A stretch of 64,000 nt of DNA from Dehalococcoidia bacterium (GTDB taxonomy: Bacteria > Chloroflexota > Dehalococcoidia > Lucifugimonadales > UBA3495): the NCBI GenBank assembly GCA_965215675.1, contig OZ244112.1, positions 1,626,336-1,690,335 of the forward strand, written 5' to 3'. The notes under the pieces were generated by a model. That model was not told the origin of the DNA, did no database searches, and saw only the letters and a program-made list of their open reading frames with translations. This document shows, one piece after another, positions 18,978 to 27,164 of this stretch. The position numbers and the translations under genes are program-made. Numbering within the stretch: position 1 is the stretch's first letter; the number at the start of each line of letters is the position of its first letter.

Positions 18978-19025
18978 AATTTCCTAATTTTGCGCTCATA
19001 TCCTCTCAATTCCGCTCATTTCCGC
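18978..19025. repeat. Intergenic repeat element, copy A (two GCTCAT half-sites 20 nt apart)
   Basis: aaatttcctaattttgCGCTCATATCCtctcaattCCGCTCATTTCCgc. It shares identical 11-nt and 12-nt blocks with 57253-57274. Confidence 0.6.
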
Positions 19026-19390
19026 GGGGCTGGCGGTCTGGACACAGGAGAGGGGAAAATGGTTAGCGATAATATGTTCTAATTAATAGACTCAAGCATA
19101 ACGGAGTCGGTGTGACGGTGTCAAGGTTATGCTCAGGATATTCTGAACCGGGGATTATTCCGATTCCAGTACGGGCAGGACCAGGGTAGATGAACGGAAA
19201 AGAACCGGGGGAGATGGAACGATGCGCCAAGCATAGTCGGAGTTTGGGCTGCGCTGGAAGCGACAACTATCTGCGGCAGGGGTGCGTAGGGGAGAGCCTC
19301 TTTGTCATAGGGAGGCCCGAATGACGGCCTGTGCCCTGCGTGTTACCATTTCCAAAAGGCAGTAGATAACTGTACCTAGGGGGCGGGATC

Positions 19391-20845
19391 ATGCCAGCCA
19401 GAACCGGGGCGGAGTACATCACCAACCTGAAGGAAAACGGGCCGGAGGTCTACCTGCACGGTGAGCGGGTCAAGGATGTCACCACCCACCCGGCGCTGCG
19501 AGGTGGGGTGGAGTCGTTGGCACGCCTCTACGACATGCAGCACGATCCGGCCATTCGCGACGAGATGACCTACGTGTCGCCGACGACGGGTGACCGTGTG
19601 GGAACGTCGTTCATCATGCCGCGCACCAAGGCGGACCTTGATGCCCGCCGGGTGATGATGCGGCACTGGGCGCGGGCGACCTTTGGGATGATGGGCCGCA
19701 GCCCCGACTTCATGAACGTCAACATAATGGCCATGGCCGCCGCCGGTGACTACTTCGGCCAGAACCGTCCAGAATTCAAGGACAACATCAACAATTACTA
19801 CGAGCACGTGCGGGAGAACGACCTGGTGTTGACCCACACGCTGCTCAACCTGCAGCGCAGCCGGACACCGGGTTCGACGCCGCTGGAGGACCGCACCGAT
19901 ATCGCCCTGCGGGTCGAGAAAGAGACCGACGCTGGCATTATCGTGCATGGGGCGCGAGTGCTAGCCACGCTGGCGCCGCTATCTGAAGAGATCGCGCTGT
20001 ACCCGACCACTTCGCACCAGTTGCCGGGGCAGGCTCCCGAGCCCTACGCATTCGCCTTCGCGGTCGCCAACAACGCACCCGGCCTTCGATACCAGTGCCG
20101 CGAGAGCTTCGACTTCGAGCGCTCCCATTTCGATCACCCGTTGGGTTCGCGGTTCGAGGAAGTGGACGCCGTGGCCTTCTTCGACCACGTGTTTGTGCCG
20201 TGGGAAAACGTGTTCCTGATGGGCGACGTGGAGCTGTGCAACAACCTGCAACAGGCGACAAACCGGCACCTGCACTCGGGACACCAAGTGGTGACAAAGA
20301 ATGTGGCCAAGTGCGAGTTCGTGCTGGGACTGGCGACGCTGATGACCGAAACGCTGGGGTCGTCGACACAGCAGCAGGTGCAGCAGATGATCGCCGAGAT
20401 CATCGAAAACCTGGAGGTGACCAAGGCCTGCCTCCGGGCCGCCGAAGCCGACGCCGTGGTGGACCAGTGGGGCGTGATGGCCCCGGCTGAGCTGCCCCTG
20501 CAGGCCGCGCGCAACCTGTTCATACGGATGTACCCGCGGATGGGCGAGATCATCCACCTGCTGGGATCCAGCAGCCTGATGGCCCTGCCCACCGAGGCGG
20601 ACCTGGAGGGGCCGCTGGCCGAGGAGATCAACCGCTACCTGGAGACGGACACTGCCTCGGCCCGAGACCGGGTGCGGCTGTTCCGGCTGGCTTGGGACAT
20701 GTCGTGCAGCGCTTTTGGCGCGCGCCAGATACTGTACGAGCGATTCTTCCAGGCCGACTCGGTGCGCAACGCCGTTATCCTTTACAACATGAAAGACCGC
20801 CAGCCGCACGCCGACTGGGTGCGGCAGTTCCTGGAACAAGAGTAG
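19391..20845 (+). CDS. 4-hydroxyphenylacetate 3-monooxygenase (HpaB) family flavin-dependent oxygenase component, paralogue 1
   Basis: 484 aa with typical HpaB/PvcC-family sequence over the whole length. It lacks the Cys ligands expected for 4-hydroxybutyryl-CoA dehydratase relatives. Confidence 0.8.
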   Translation: MPARTGAEYITNLKENGPEVYLHGERVKDVTTHPALRGGVESLARLYDMQHDPAIRDEMTYVSPTTGDRVGTSFIMPRTKADLDARRVMMRHWARATFGMMGRSPDFMNVNIMAMAAAGDYFGQNRPEFKDNINNYYEHVRENDLVLTHTLLNLQRSRTPGSTPLEDRTDIALRVEKETDAGIIVHGARVLATLAPLSEEIALYPTTSHQLPGQAPEPYAFAFAVANNAPGLRYQCRESFDFERSHFDHPLGSRFEEVDAVAFFDHVFVPWENVFLMGDVELCNNLQQATNRHLHSGHQVVTKNVAKCEFVLGLATLMTETLGSSTQQQVQQMIAEIIENLEVTKACLRAAEADAVVDQWGVMAPAELPLQAARNLFIRMYPRMGEIIHLLGSSSLMALPTEADLEGPLAEEINRYLETDTASARDRVRLFRLAWDMSCSAFGARQILYERFFQADSVRNAVILYNMKDRQPHADWVRQFLEQE

Positions 20846-20922
20846 GGAGAAACCCAACGCCTAGTGCGCGGAGAGGAGCGATCAGTGCTTTCTGCGCGAG
20901 ATGAATGTCGAGGAGGATAGCC

Positions 20923-21285
20923 ATGCCGGAGCCGCGAGTTATCAGGTCCCACGAGGTCGAGCAACTGCAGCGGGCCGAGGGCGTAACCGTCGCCAACCAC
21001 ATCACCAAGGGGTTCGGGGCGACGGAAATTTCGAGCGGGATTACCAGCTTCGAGCCGAGCCGCTCGAACACCACGCACTATCACAACGCCGAGGAGTCGG
21101 TGATCGTCATAGAGGGCGAGGGTATCCTGTTGATCAACGGCGAGGAAAACCGAGTGGCGGTGGGAGATGCCGCGTTCATCACGCCGGGCACCCACCACCG
21201 GCTGATCAACACCGGGGACGGGCCGTTCCGGATCGCGTGGTCGTACGCGACGGTGGATGTGACGCGGACGCTGGTGGATGATTAG
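20923..21285 (+). CDS. Cupin-domain protein
   Basis: Start at ATG 20923 behind SD GGAGGA. Cupin motifs TTHYHNAEESVIVIEGEG and GDAAFITPGTHHRLIN. Confidence 0.8.
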   Translation: MPEPRVIRSHEVEQLQRAEGVTVANHITKGFGATEISSGITSFEPSRSNTTHYHNAEESVIVIEGEGILLINGEENRVAVGDAAFITPGTHHRLINTGDGPFRIAWSYATVDVTRTLVDD

Positions 21286-21315
21286 AGGGAGCTAAACCCC
21301 GGCACCGAACATGGC

Positions 21316-21352
21316 AGGACGGCAGTCGGATTCCGGCTGCCGTCCTTTGATT
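21316..21352 (+). terminator. Intrinsic terminator after the cupin gene
   Basis: AGGACGGCAG-tcggattccgg-CTGCCGTCCT followed by TTGATT. Confidence 0.6.
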
Positions 21353-21385
21353 GGGCCGTATTGGTTCGACTTTGGGGACGTTGCC

Positions 21386-21850
21386 CTACTCCACCTCCAC
21401 GACCATCTCCACCTCTACGGGGGCGCGCAGGGGGAGGCCGACCATGCCTACGGCGGAGCGGGCGTGGCGGCCCTGGTCGCCGTAGAGGCTGACCAGAAGG
21501 TCGGAGGCGCCGTTGCCGACGACGAAGTGCCGCTCGAAGTCGGGGTCGGCATTGACCATCACCAGCAGCTTTACCACCCGCTTGATGCTGTCCAGGCTAC
21601 CGGTCTCGGCCTTAACTGCGGCGAGGCAGTTGAGCATGCACTGGCGGGCCGACTCGTAGCCCTGCTCCTCGGTGACGTCGCGGCCCACCTTGCCTTGGTG
21701 CAGGATCGAGCCGTCGGGCAGGCGGCCGATGTGGCCGGCCACGAACAGCAGGTTGCCGGTGCGCACGGCGGGCACGAAGTTGGCCACGGGCGCGTTGGGG
21801 TCACTCAGGGAGAGCCCCATTTCGTGCAGCTTGTCTTCAACGGACATCAC
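21386..21850 (-). CDS. RidA/YjgF-superfamily protein (longer, YoaB-like form)
   Basis: 154 aa. NLLFVAGHIGRLPDGS..VKLLVMVNA..RSAVGMVGLPLRAPVEVEMVVEV. Confidence 0.75.
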   Translation of the reverse strand: MMSVEDKLHEMGLSLSDPNAPVANFVPAVRTGNLLFVAGHIGRLPDGSILHQGKVGRDVTEEQGYESARQCMLNCLAAVKAETGSLDSIKRVVKLLVMVNADPDFERHFVVGNGASDLLVSLYGDQGRHARSAVGMVGLPLRAPVEVEMVVEVE

Positions 21851-21882
21851 GGACCTCCTGATTCATCTGGGACAGAAGACAC

Positions 21883-21925
21883 GGAGAGCACAGAGTCCCC
21901 ACGCAAGGGGCCTTCTGTGCTCTCC
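21883..21925 (-). terminator. Long hairpin between the two RidA genes (terminator or processing/stability element)
   Basis: GGAGAGCACAGA ... TCTGTGCTCTCC (12 bp) with inner CCCC/GGGG pairing. It lies 15 nt after the stop of 21940-22320. Confidence 0.5.
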
Positions 21926-21939
21926 TGCATTGGAAGCAA

Positions 21940-22320
21940 CTAGCCGAGTTTGACGATGGCCTCAACCTCGACCACCAACTCCGGGCGAACGAGGGTCGAT
22001 ACTCCGACGGTGGAACTGGCCGGCGGATTGGCGGGCCAGGTCTCCAACCGGACCTTCGCGTATTCGGGGTAGTCGGCGATGTTGGTGAGGAAGCAGGTGA
22101 TCTTGCACACGTCTTCCATCCTGCCGCCCGCGGCCTCGACTACGGCGCGGATGTTGGCCATGACCTGGCGGGACTGGGCCTCACAGCCCTCCGCGATGTT
22201 GCCGTTGGCGTCGGTGCCAACGTGGCCCGACACGTAGAGCATATCGCCGACACGTATGCCGGGGGAGAGGTTGGGATTGGGAGCTACTCCGGGTGGAATT
22301 ATGGGCTGTCGCTCTGGCAT
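21940..22320 (-). CDS. RidA/YjgF-family protein
   Basis: 126 aa. LYVSGHVG..MEDVCKITCFL..SSTVGVSTL..VEVEAIVKL. Confidence 0.85.
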   Translation of the reverse strand: MPERQPIIPPGVAPNPNLSPGIRVGDMLYVSGHVGTDANGNIAEGCEAQSRQVMANIRAVVEAAGGRMEDVCKITCFLTNIADYPEYAKVRLETWPANPPASSTVGVSTLVRPELVVEVEAIVKLG

Positions 22321-22363
22321 AACGGTCTCCTTAACTTTCTTCCTTAATTTTTGAGGTTGGCAA

Positions 22364-22395
22364 AGAGCGCAGAGTTTCTATTATCTCTGCGCTCT
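22364..22395 (-). terminator. Intrinsic terminator after rel
   Basis: AGAGCGCAGAG-ataatagaaac-CTCTGCGCTCT followed by TTGCC on the minus strand. Confidence 0.55.
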
Positions 22396-22430
22396 CGTGA
22401 TATCCGGGAGTGATGGGGCGGACGCCCGAC

Positions 22431-24812
22431 TCAGTGGGCAGCAGTGGTCGCACCCGATCGTTCGCGGTGGACGGATATGCAGCCGCGGACGCCCTCCAGC
22501 TTTGAGAACAGCTTGCTCAACTGCTGCAGGCCGGTAGTATGCACGTTGAACGTGAGGTTGACCGTGCCGTTGGGCTGCTGGGCGGTGACGACGTTGGAGA
22601 TGTTGACGCCCTCTTCCGAGACGTTTTGGGTCAGGTCGCGCAGCAGGCCGACCCGGTCATAGGCAAGCATGGTCACGCGGACCGGGAAGAGTTCCTTGGC
22701 TTGTCCCCATTCCACTGGCACGAACCGTTCCGGCTCGTCCTCGTGCAAGACGCTGGGGCAGATGCGCTTGTGGACAGTTACGCCCCGGGAACGGGTGACG
22801 AAGCCGACGATCTCGTCTCCGGGGATGGGACCGCAGCAGCGCCCCATGCGGGTAAGCAGGTCTCCCACGCCCAGGACCTTGATGCCTGAGGTCGGGCTGG
22901 AAAGGGGCAGATCCGTCCTCTTGCGTGCAAGGGGGTGTTCCGGCTCCTGCCGGGCCTCGGCCAGTTTCTGCGCCAACTGGCCCTCGCCTACGCCACCGGA
23001 GCCGAGGTTGGCCAGCAGGTCGTCGATGTTGTCGTACCGGAAGAGGCCAAGGACTTCGCTGTCATCGAACTTGAAGTTTAGGCGCCGCATCTCCCGACGG
23101 AGGATCTCGCGGCCGCGCTGGATGTTGGCGCCGCGCTCCTGCCTCCGGAACCACTGGCGGATGCTCTGGCGGGCGTGGGCTGAGCGGACGTAGCCACGGT
23201 TGGAGTTCAGCCAGTCGAGGCTGGGGCCCCGCTCGGACTTGGTGTTCATGATTTCGACGGTATCGCCGTTTTCCAGCGGGGTGTCCAGCGAAACGAGCTT
23301 GCCGTTGACCTTGGCACCAACGCAGCGGTGTCCCAGCTCGGTGTGTATCTTGTAGGCGAAATCGATGGGTGTGGAGCCAGCGGTCAGCTCAACGATCCGA
23401 CCCTTGGGGGTGTAGACGAAGACCTGGTCGTGGAAGATGTCCTCTTTGACCGACTCGATGAACTCGGCGGTGCTGGTGACGTCCCGCTGCCATTCCAGGA
23501 GCTGCCTCAGCCCGCTCATCTTTTCTTCGAACTGCAGGTCCTTTGAGTTGCCCTCCTTGTAACGCCAGTGGGCCGCCACACCATACTCGGCGGTCTCGTG
23601 GTGGTCGAAGGTCTTGATCTGCACCTCGAGGTGGGTGCCGCCCTCGCACACAACCGTCGTGTGCAGAGCCTGGTACATGTTCTCCTTGGGGTTGGCGATG
23701 TAGTCGTCGATCTGGCCGGGGATGGGGTGCCAGAGTTGGTGAACTATGCCGAGGACGCGATAGCATTCGGCTTCTTGATCGACCAGTACGCGCAAGGCGA
23801 AGAGGTCGTAGATTTCACTCAGCTGCTTGCCCTGGGCTTCGTATTTCTGAATCTTGCGGTATGTGCTGTAGATGTTCTTGGGACGACCAGAGACATCCGC
23901 CCTGATGCCATCGGACTCCAACTTGGTCCGCAGCAGTTCCGATACCTGTGAGACGTAGGCTTCCCGCACGGCCCGCCTGGCAGCGAGGAGCCGGGAAATC
24001 TCGCGGTACTTCTCCTCGTTCAGGTAGCGGAAGGCAAGGTCCTCAAGCTGCCACTTGATTTCCCAGATGCCGAGGCGATGCGCCAGGGGCGAGTAAATGT
24101 CGAGGGTCTCCTGGGCGATGCGGCGCTGCTTGTCCGGGGGCAGAGCGCCGAGGGTGCGCATGTTGTGCAGTCGGTCGGCCAGCTTGATGAGGACGACTCG
24201 GATGTCCTCCGCCATGGCGACCAGCATCTTGCGCAGGCTCTCGGCGTAGAGGCTGTCGGGGTCGTCTGAACCATACGGCATCGCGCTGATGGGGTCGTGG
24301 ATGCGGCTGTCGAGCTGGGTCAGCTTGGTAACGCCGTCGACCAGCTTTGCAATTTCAGGCCCGAACTTTGCTGAAAGCTCGTCCAGGGACACGCCGCAAT
24401 CTTCGACCACGTCGTGGAGCAATGACGCTGCTATGGTCTGTTCGTCCAGGCGAAGTTCAGAGAGGAAAAGGGCGATCTCCAAAGGGTGGGCAATGTAAGG
24501 CTCACCTGACTTACGCATTTGCCCTTCGTGGCTGCGGTTCGCGAAAAGGTAGGCGTCCTTGATCAGCTCTGCGGAATCTCCCGGGAGGTATTCCTCCACC
24601 GATTCCAGTAGTCTGCCGACTCCGTCCGTAGCCGTTACCCCAAGGTCAACACCCCCGAGTGCAGTATTAGACCGGAAATTGGTCCACGTATTCCTGCGTT
24701 CGCCGTCAGAAAGGGGTTGAGGAGGCTCCCCATTCTGGTTGCCTGTATTCAGTGCCCCCTGATGCATGAACCCATCGGACAATTGGTCTGATTTTACTTT
24801 GTTTCTATTCAA
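22431..24812 (-). CDS. rel: Bifunctional (p)ppGpp synthetase/hydrolase, RelA/SpoT family
   Basis: 793 aa. HD domain (AHPLEIA..LLHDVVED), RelA/SpoT synthetase core, TGS and C-terminal ACT-like regions. Start uncertain (TTG 24812 or ATG 24767). Confidence 0.9.
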   Translation of the reverse strand: MNRNKVKSDQLSDGFMHQGALNTGNQNGEPPQPLSDGERRNTWTNFRSNTALGGVDLGVTATDGVGRLLESVEEYLPGDSAELIKDAYLFANRSHEGQMRKSGEPYIAHPLEIALFLSELRLDEQTIAASLLHDVVEDCGVSLDELSAKFGPEIAKLVDGVTKLTQLDSRIHDPISAMPYGSDDPDSLYAESLRKMLVAMAEDIRVVLIKLADRLHNMRTLGALPPDKQRRIAQETLDIYSPLAHRLGIWEIKWQLEDLAFRYLNEEKYREISRLLAARRAVREAYVSQVSELLRTKLESDGIRADVSGRPKNIYSTYRKIQKYEAQGKQLSEIYDLFALRVLVDQEAECYRVLGIVHQLWHPIPGQIDDYIANPKENMYQALHTTVVCEGGTHLEVQIKTFDHHETAEYGVAAHWRYKEGNSKDLQFEEKMSGLRQLLEWQRDVTSTAEFIESVKEDIFHDQVFVYTPKGRIVELTAGSTPIDFAYKIHTELGHRCVGAKVNGKLVSLDTPLENGDTVEIMNTKSERGPSLDWLNSNRGYVRSAHARQSIRQWFRRQERGANIQRGREILRREMRRLNFKFDDSEVLGLFRYDNIDDLLANLGSGGVGEGQLAQKLAEARQEPEHPLARKRTDLPLSSPTSGIKVLGVGDLLTRMGRCCGPIPGDEIVGFVTRSRGVTVHKRICPSVLHEDEPERFVPVEWGQAKELFPVRVTMLAYDRVGLLRDLTQNVSEEGVNISNVVTAQQPNGTVNLTFNVHTTGLQQLSKLFSKLEGVRGCISVHRERSGATTAAH

Positions 24813-24981
24813 AATTCCATTGTCCCAATGATGATAAAACTACACTTCGAGGGAATGGGCGCCAGCTGCGAGAACCGATTATTGGGCCTTGTGGCCAGTT
24901 TGACGGACGGAAAAACCCGTTGATACACTCGGCCAGCCCCTTTATCCCATAGTACCCTATTTTCAGGCAACTGGAGCGAGT

Positions 24982-25848
24982 ATGAGCAAGAGTACGAGCA
25001 GGGTAGGCATATTCTCTTTTGAGGTGGACAGTTCCGCCGATCCGGCGGTGCTGGCAAAGAGGGCAGAGGAACTGGGATTTGAATCCTTCTGGGTCCCAGA
25101 GCACGCCATCCTGCCGGTACGCACGTCATCTCCCTACGCTGGGTCTGCCGACGGTGCGATACCGGAGGAGTACGGACGGATCGTCGATCCCTTCATCGCG
25201 CTGGCCCGAGCCTCCGCGGTAACAAGTCGCATCAAGCTGGGGACCGGCATCTGCCTGGTTCCGGAGCGCAACCCGCTGCTGCTGGCTAAGGAAATTGCCA
25301 CTCTTGACAGGTACTCCGACGGCCGCTTCATTTTCGGCATCGGCGCCGGTTGGCTGCGGGAGGAGACGGAGATCATGGGGGGCGACTTCGAGCGCCGATG
25401 GACGCAGACCCGCGAATCCATCGAGGCCATGAAGCAACTCTGGACCCAAGACGAAGCGGAGTATCACGGTCAGTTCTACGACTTCCCCCCGGTAAAGTCA
25501 GTGCCCAAGCCGGTACAGACCCCGCATCCACCCGTGTACCTGGGCGGAAAAGCCCGCAACGTGTTCCGTCGTGTCGTGGCCTACGGGGACGGATGGATGC
25601 CCAACCGTACATCAGCCGCGGAAATACGCGCCGGACGGGCGACCCTTGACGAGTTGGCGGAGACCGCTGGCCGGGACCCCAAGTCAATAGACATCATGGC
25701 CTTCGGCTTCGGAAACCAGTTCCGCACCCGGGAGGAAATCGAAGAACTGGTTGACGCCGGCGCTGATCGTGTCACCATATGGCTGAACAATACGGAGGGT
25801 GACGACGCCATCGCCGAGATCGAGGAAATCGCCGCCGCAGTGCTTTAG
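24982..25848 (+). CDS. LLM-class (luciferase-like), probably F420-dependent, oxidoreductase
   Basis: 288 aa. GFESFWVPEH..ATLDRYSDGRFIFGIGAGW..GDGWMP is a pattern typical of this class. Confidence 0.8.
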   Translation: MSKSTSRVGIFSFEVDSSADPAVLAKRAEELGFESFWVPEHAILPVRTSSPYAGSADGAIPEEYGRIVDPFIALARASAVTSRIKLGTGICLVPERNPLLLAKEIATLDRYSDGRFIFGIGAGWLREETEIMGGDFERRWTQTRESIEAMKQLWTQDEAEYHGQFYDFPPVKSVPKPVQTPHPPVYLGGKARNVFRRVVAYGDGWMPNRTSAAEIRAGRATLDELAETAGRDPKSIDIMAFGFGNQFRTREEIEELVDAGADRVTIWLNNTEGDDAIAEIEEIAAAVL

Positions 25849-25955
25849 GCTGTGTTACCCGTCTTTCACACAATAGGTGCGCACGGCCCGCGCCCCTAAT
25901 CGGATTGTCGGCTCAGACTGGTTGCTGGTGTCGATGAAAGCACTGGAGAGTTTCA

Positions 25956-26378
25956 ATGTCACCAGGCTTTGAACAGGTGGAAGTCGACTTCATGCTGCTA
26001 GCGGACCGCGCCGAGGTGCTGAACGGCAAGCTGTACATGATGGGCGGCGCCTGGGACCGGAGGCATATCAAGGATATCAACACCCCGGTTTCGCTCACAA
26101 TAGTTATCGGGGTGCTGGTGCCGTGGAACCTGACCAATGAGCCACACCGGCTGCGGATCAGGATAGAAGATGAGGATGGCACCACGCTGCCTCCCGAGGT
26201 TGAAGCTACGGTAAATGTCGGGAGGCCGGTCAATGCCACCCAAGGACAGTCCTTCCGGGCGACAGCGGTCATCAACAACCGCTGGATGCTACCGCGCCAC
26301 GGTGTATACCGGGTGGTTGCCTCAGTGGCTAGTCAGACCGAGAGACGAGTTACCTTTTACGCAGTTGAGGGCGGATAG
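25956..26378 (+). CDS. Hypothetical protein
   Basis: 140-aa ORF with SD GGAGAG and protein-like composition. Family not recognised. Confidence 0.5.
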   Translation: MSPGFEQVEVDFMLLADRAEVLNGKLYMMGGAWDRRHIKDINTPVSLTIVIGVLVPWNLTNEPHRLRIRIEDEDGTTLPPEVEATVNVGRPVNATQGQSFRATAVINNRWMLPRHGVYRVVASVASQTERRVTFYAVEGG

Positions 26379-26428
26379 GACAATGTCCGGACCTGCGGCG
26401 CCTTAAACCTGACTCGTCCACGGTCCGT

Positions 26429-26989
26429 CTATACCGGCAGAGGCTTCTCGGTGATGTTCTCGGGTAACCCCACCTCGAAGGCGTTGATGTTAAAAGCCAG
26501 GCAGGCATAGTAACCCAGCAGAGTGGTCAGCTCGACCAGCCCGCGGGTCCCAAACTGGGCCATTGCGTTGTCGAAGTTTGTCTGGCTGACCCGGTGGGTG
26601 CGGAAGAACTCCCGACCGTATTCGACCACAGCAGTTTCTGCATCCGACAGTCCGGTCAGGTCCTTTTTGTCGCGCAGGCTGTCGACCAGGTCGTCACTCA
26701 GTCCGGACTGACGGCCCATGACGGCGTGGGCGTTCCAGATGAACTGGCAGTCCATTTCTCTGGCCGCCACGAGCATACCCAGCTCTCGAATGTTGGCGGG
26801 AAGGCTGGACTCGTCGCCACGCAGGTATGCTCTCAGGTGTTCGCCGCGCTTGATCAGCTCGGGCACGTGGACCATTACGGACAGGGGCCCAGTGTCGGGT
26901 ATCCCGCCCCTTCCGGCAACATATTCGTCCAGGGCCTCCAACTGGTCCTGTGGCACCGTGTCCCGGCTTGCAATTGGAATTCTTGCCAT
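26429..26989 (-). CDS. Carboxymuconolactone decarboxylase (AhpD-like) family protein
   Basis: 186 aa. ..RELGMLVAAREMDCQFIWNAH..LVELTTLLGYYA.. resembles CMD-family proteins. Confidence 0.6.
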   Translation of the reverse strand: MARIPIASRDTVPQDQLEALDEYVAGRGGIPDTGPLSVMVHVPELIKRGEHLRAYLRGDESSLPANIRELGMLVAAREMDCQFIWNAHAVMGRQSGLSDDLVDSLRDKKDLTGLSDAETAVVEYGREFFRTHRVSQTNFDNAMAQFGTRGLVELTTLLGYYACLAFNINAFEVGLPENITEKPLPV

Positions 26990-27146
26990 TTATTGCCTCC
27001 TCGCAGTTTAAGGTCAGTATCTCGATCCAGGATGATACTGGGCCAAGTATTGCCACGCGCGGATTAAAGTATAATGGCAAGCTGTGTGTTATGGATTGAG
27101 CACTAAATTCCGTTTCCCTTTGACAAGCCGAGGAGAGGGTAGTTTG

Positions 27147-27164
27147 ATGCCCGGCAGGCCGTGA
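27147..27164 (+). promoter_or_regulatory. Five-codon upstream ORF (MPGRP) whose stop overlaps the MFS start codon
   Basis: AGGAGAGGG (27131-27139), 7 nt, then ATG CCC GGC AGG CCG TGA. The TGA (27162-27164) overlaps the GTG start (27161-27163) of the transporter, which has no good SD of its own. Confidence 0.3.

Noticed and set aside
19979-20857. 292-aa minus-strand ORF inside the HpaB gene
   Set aside because: An antisense artefact. The plus-strand product matches a well-known family along its whole length.
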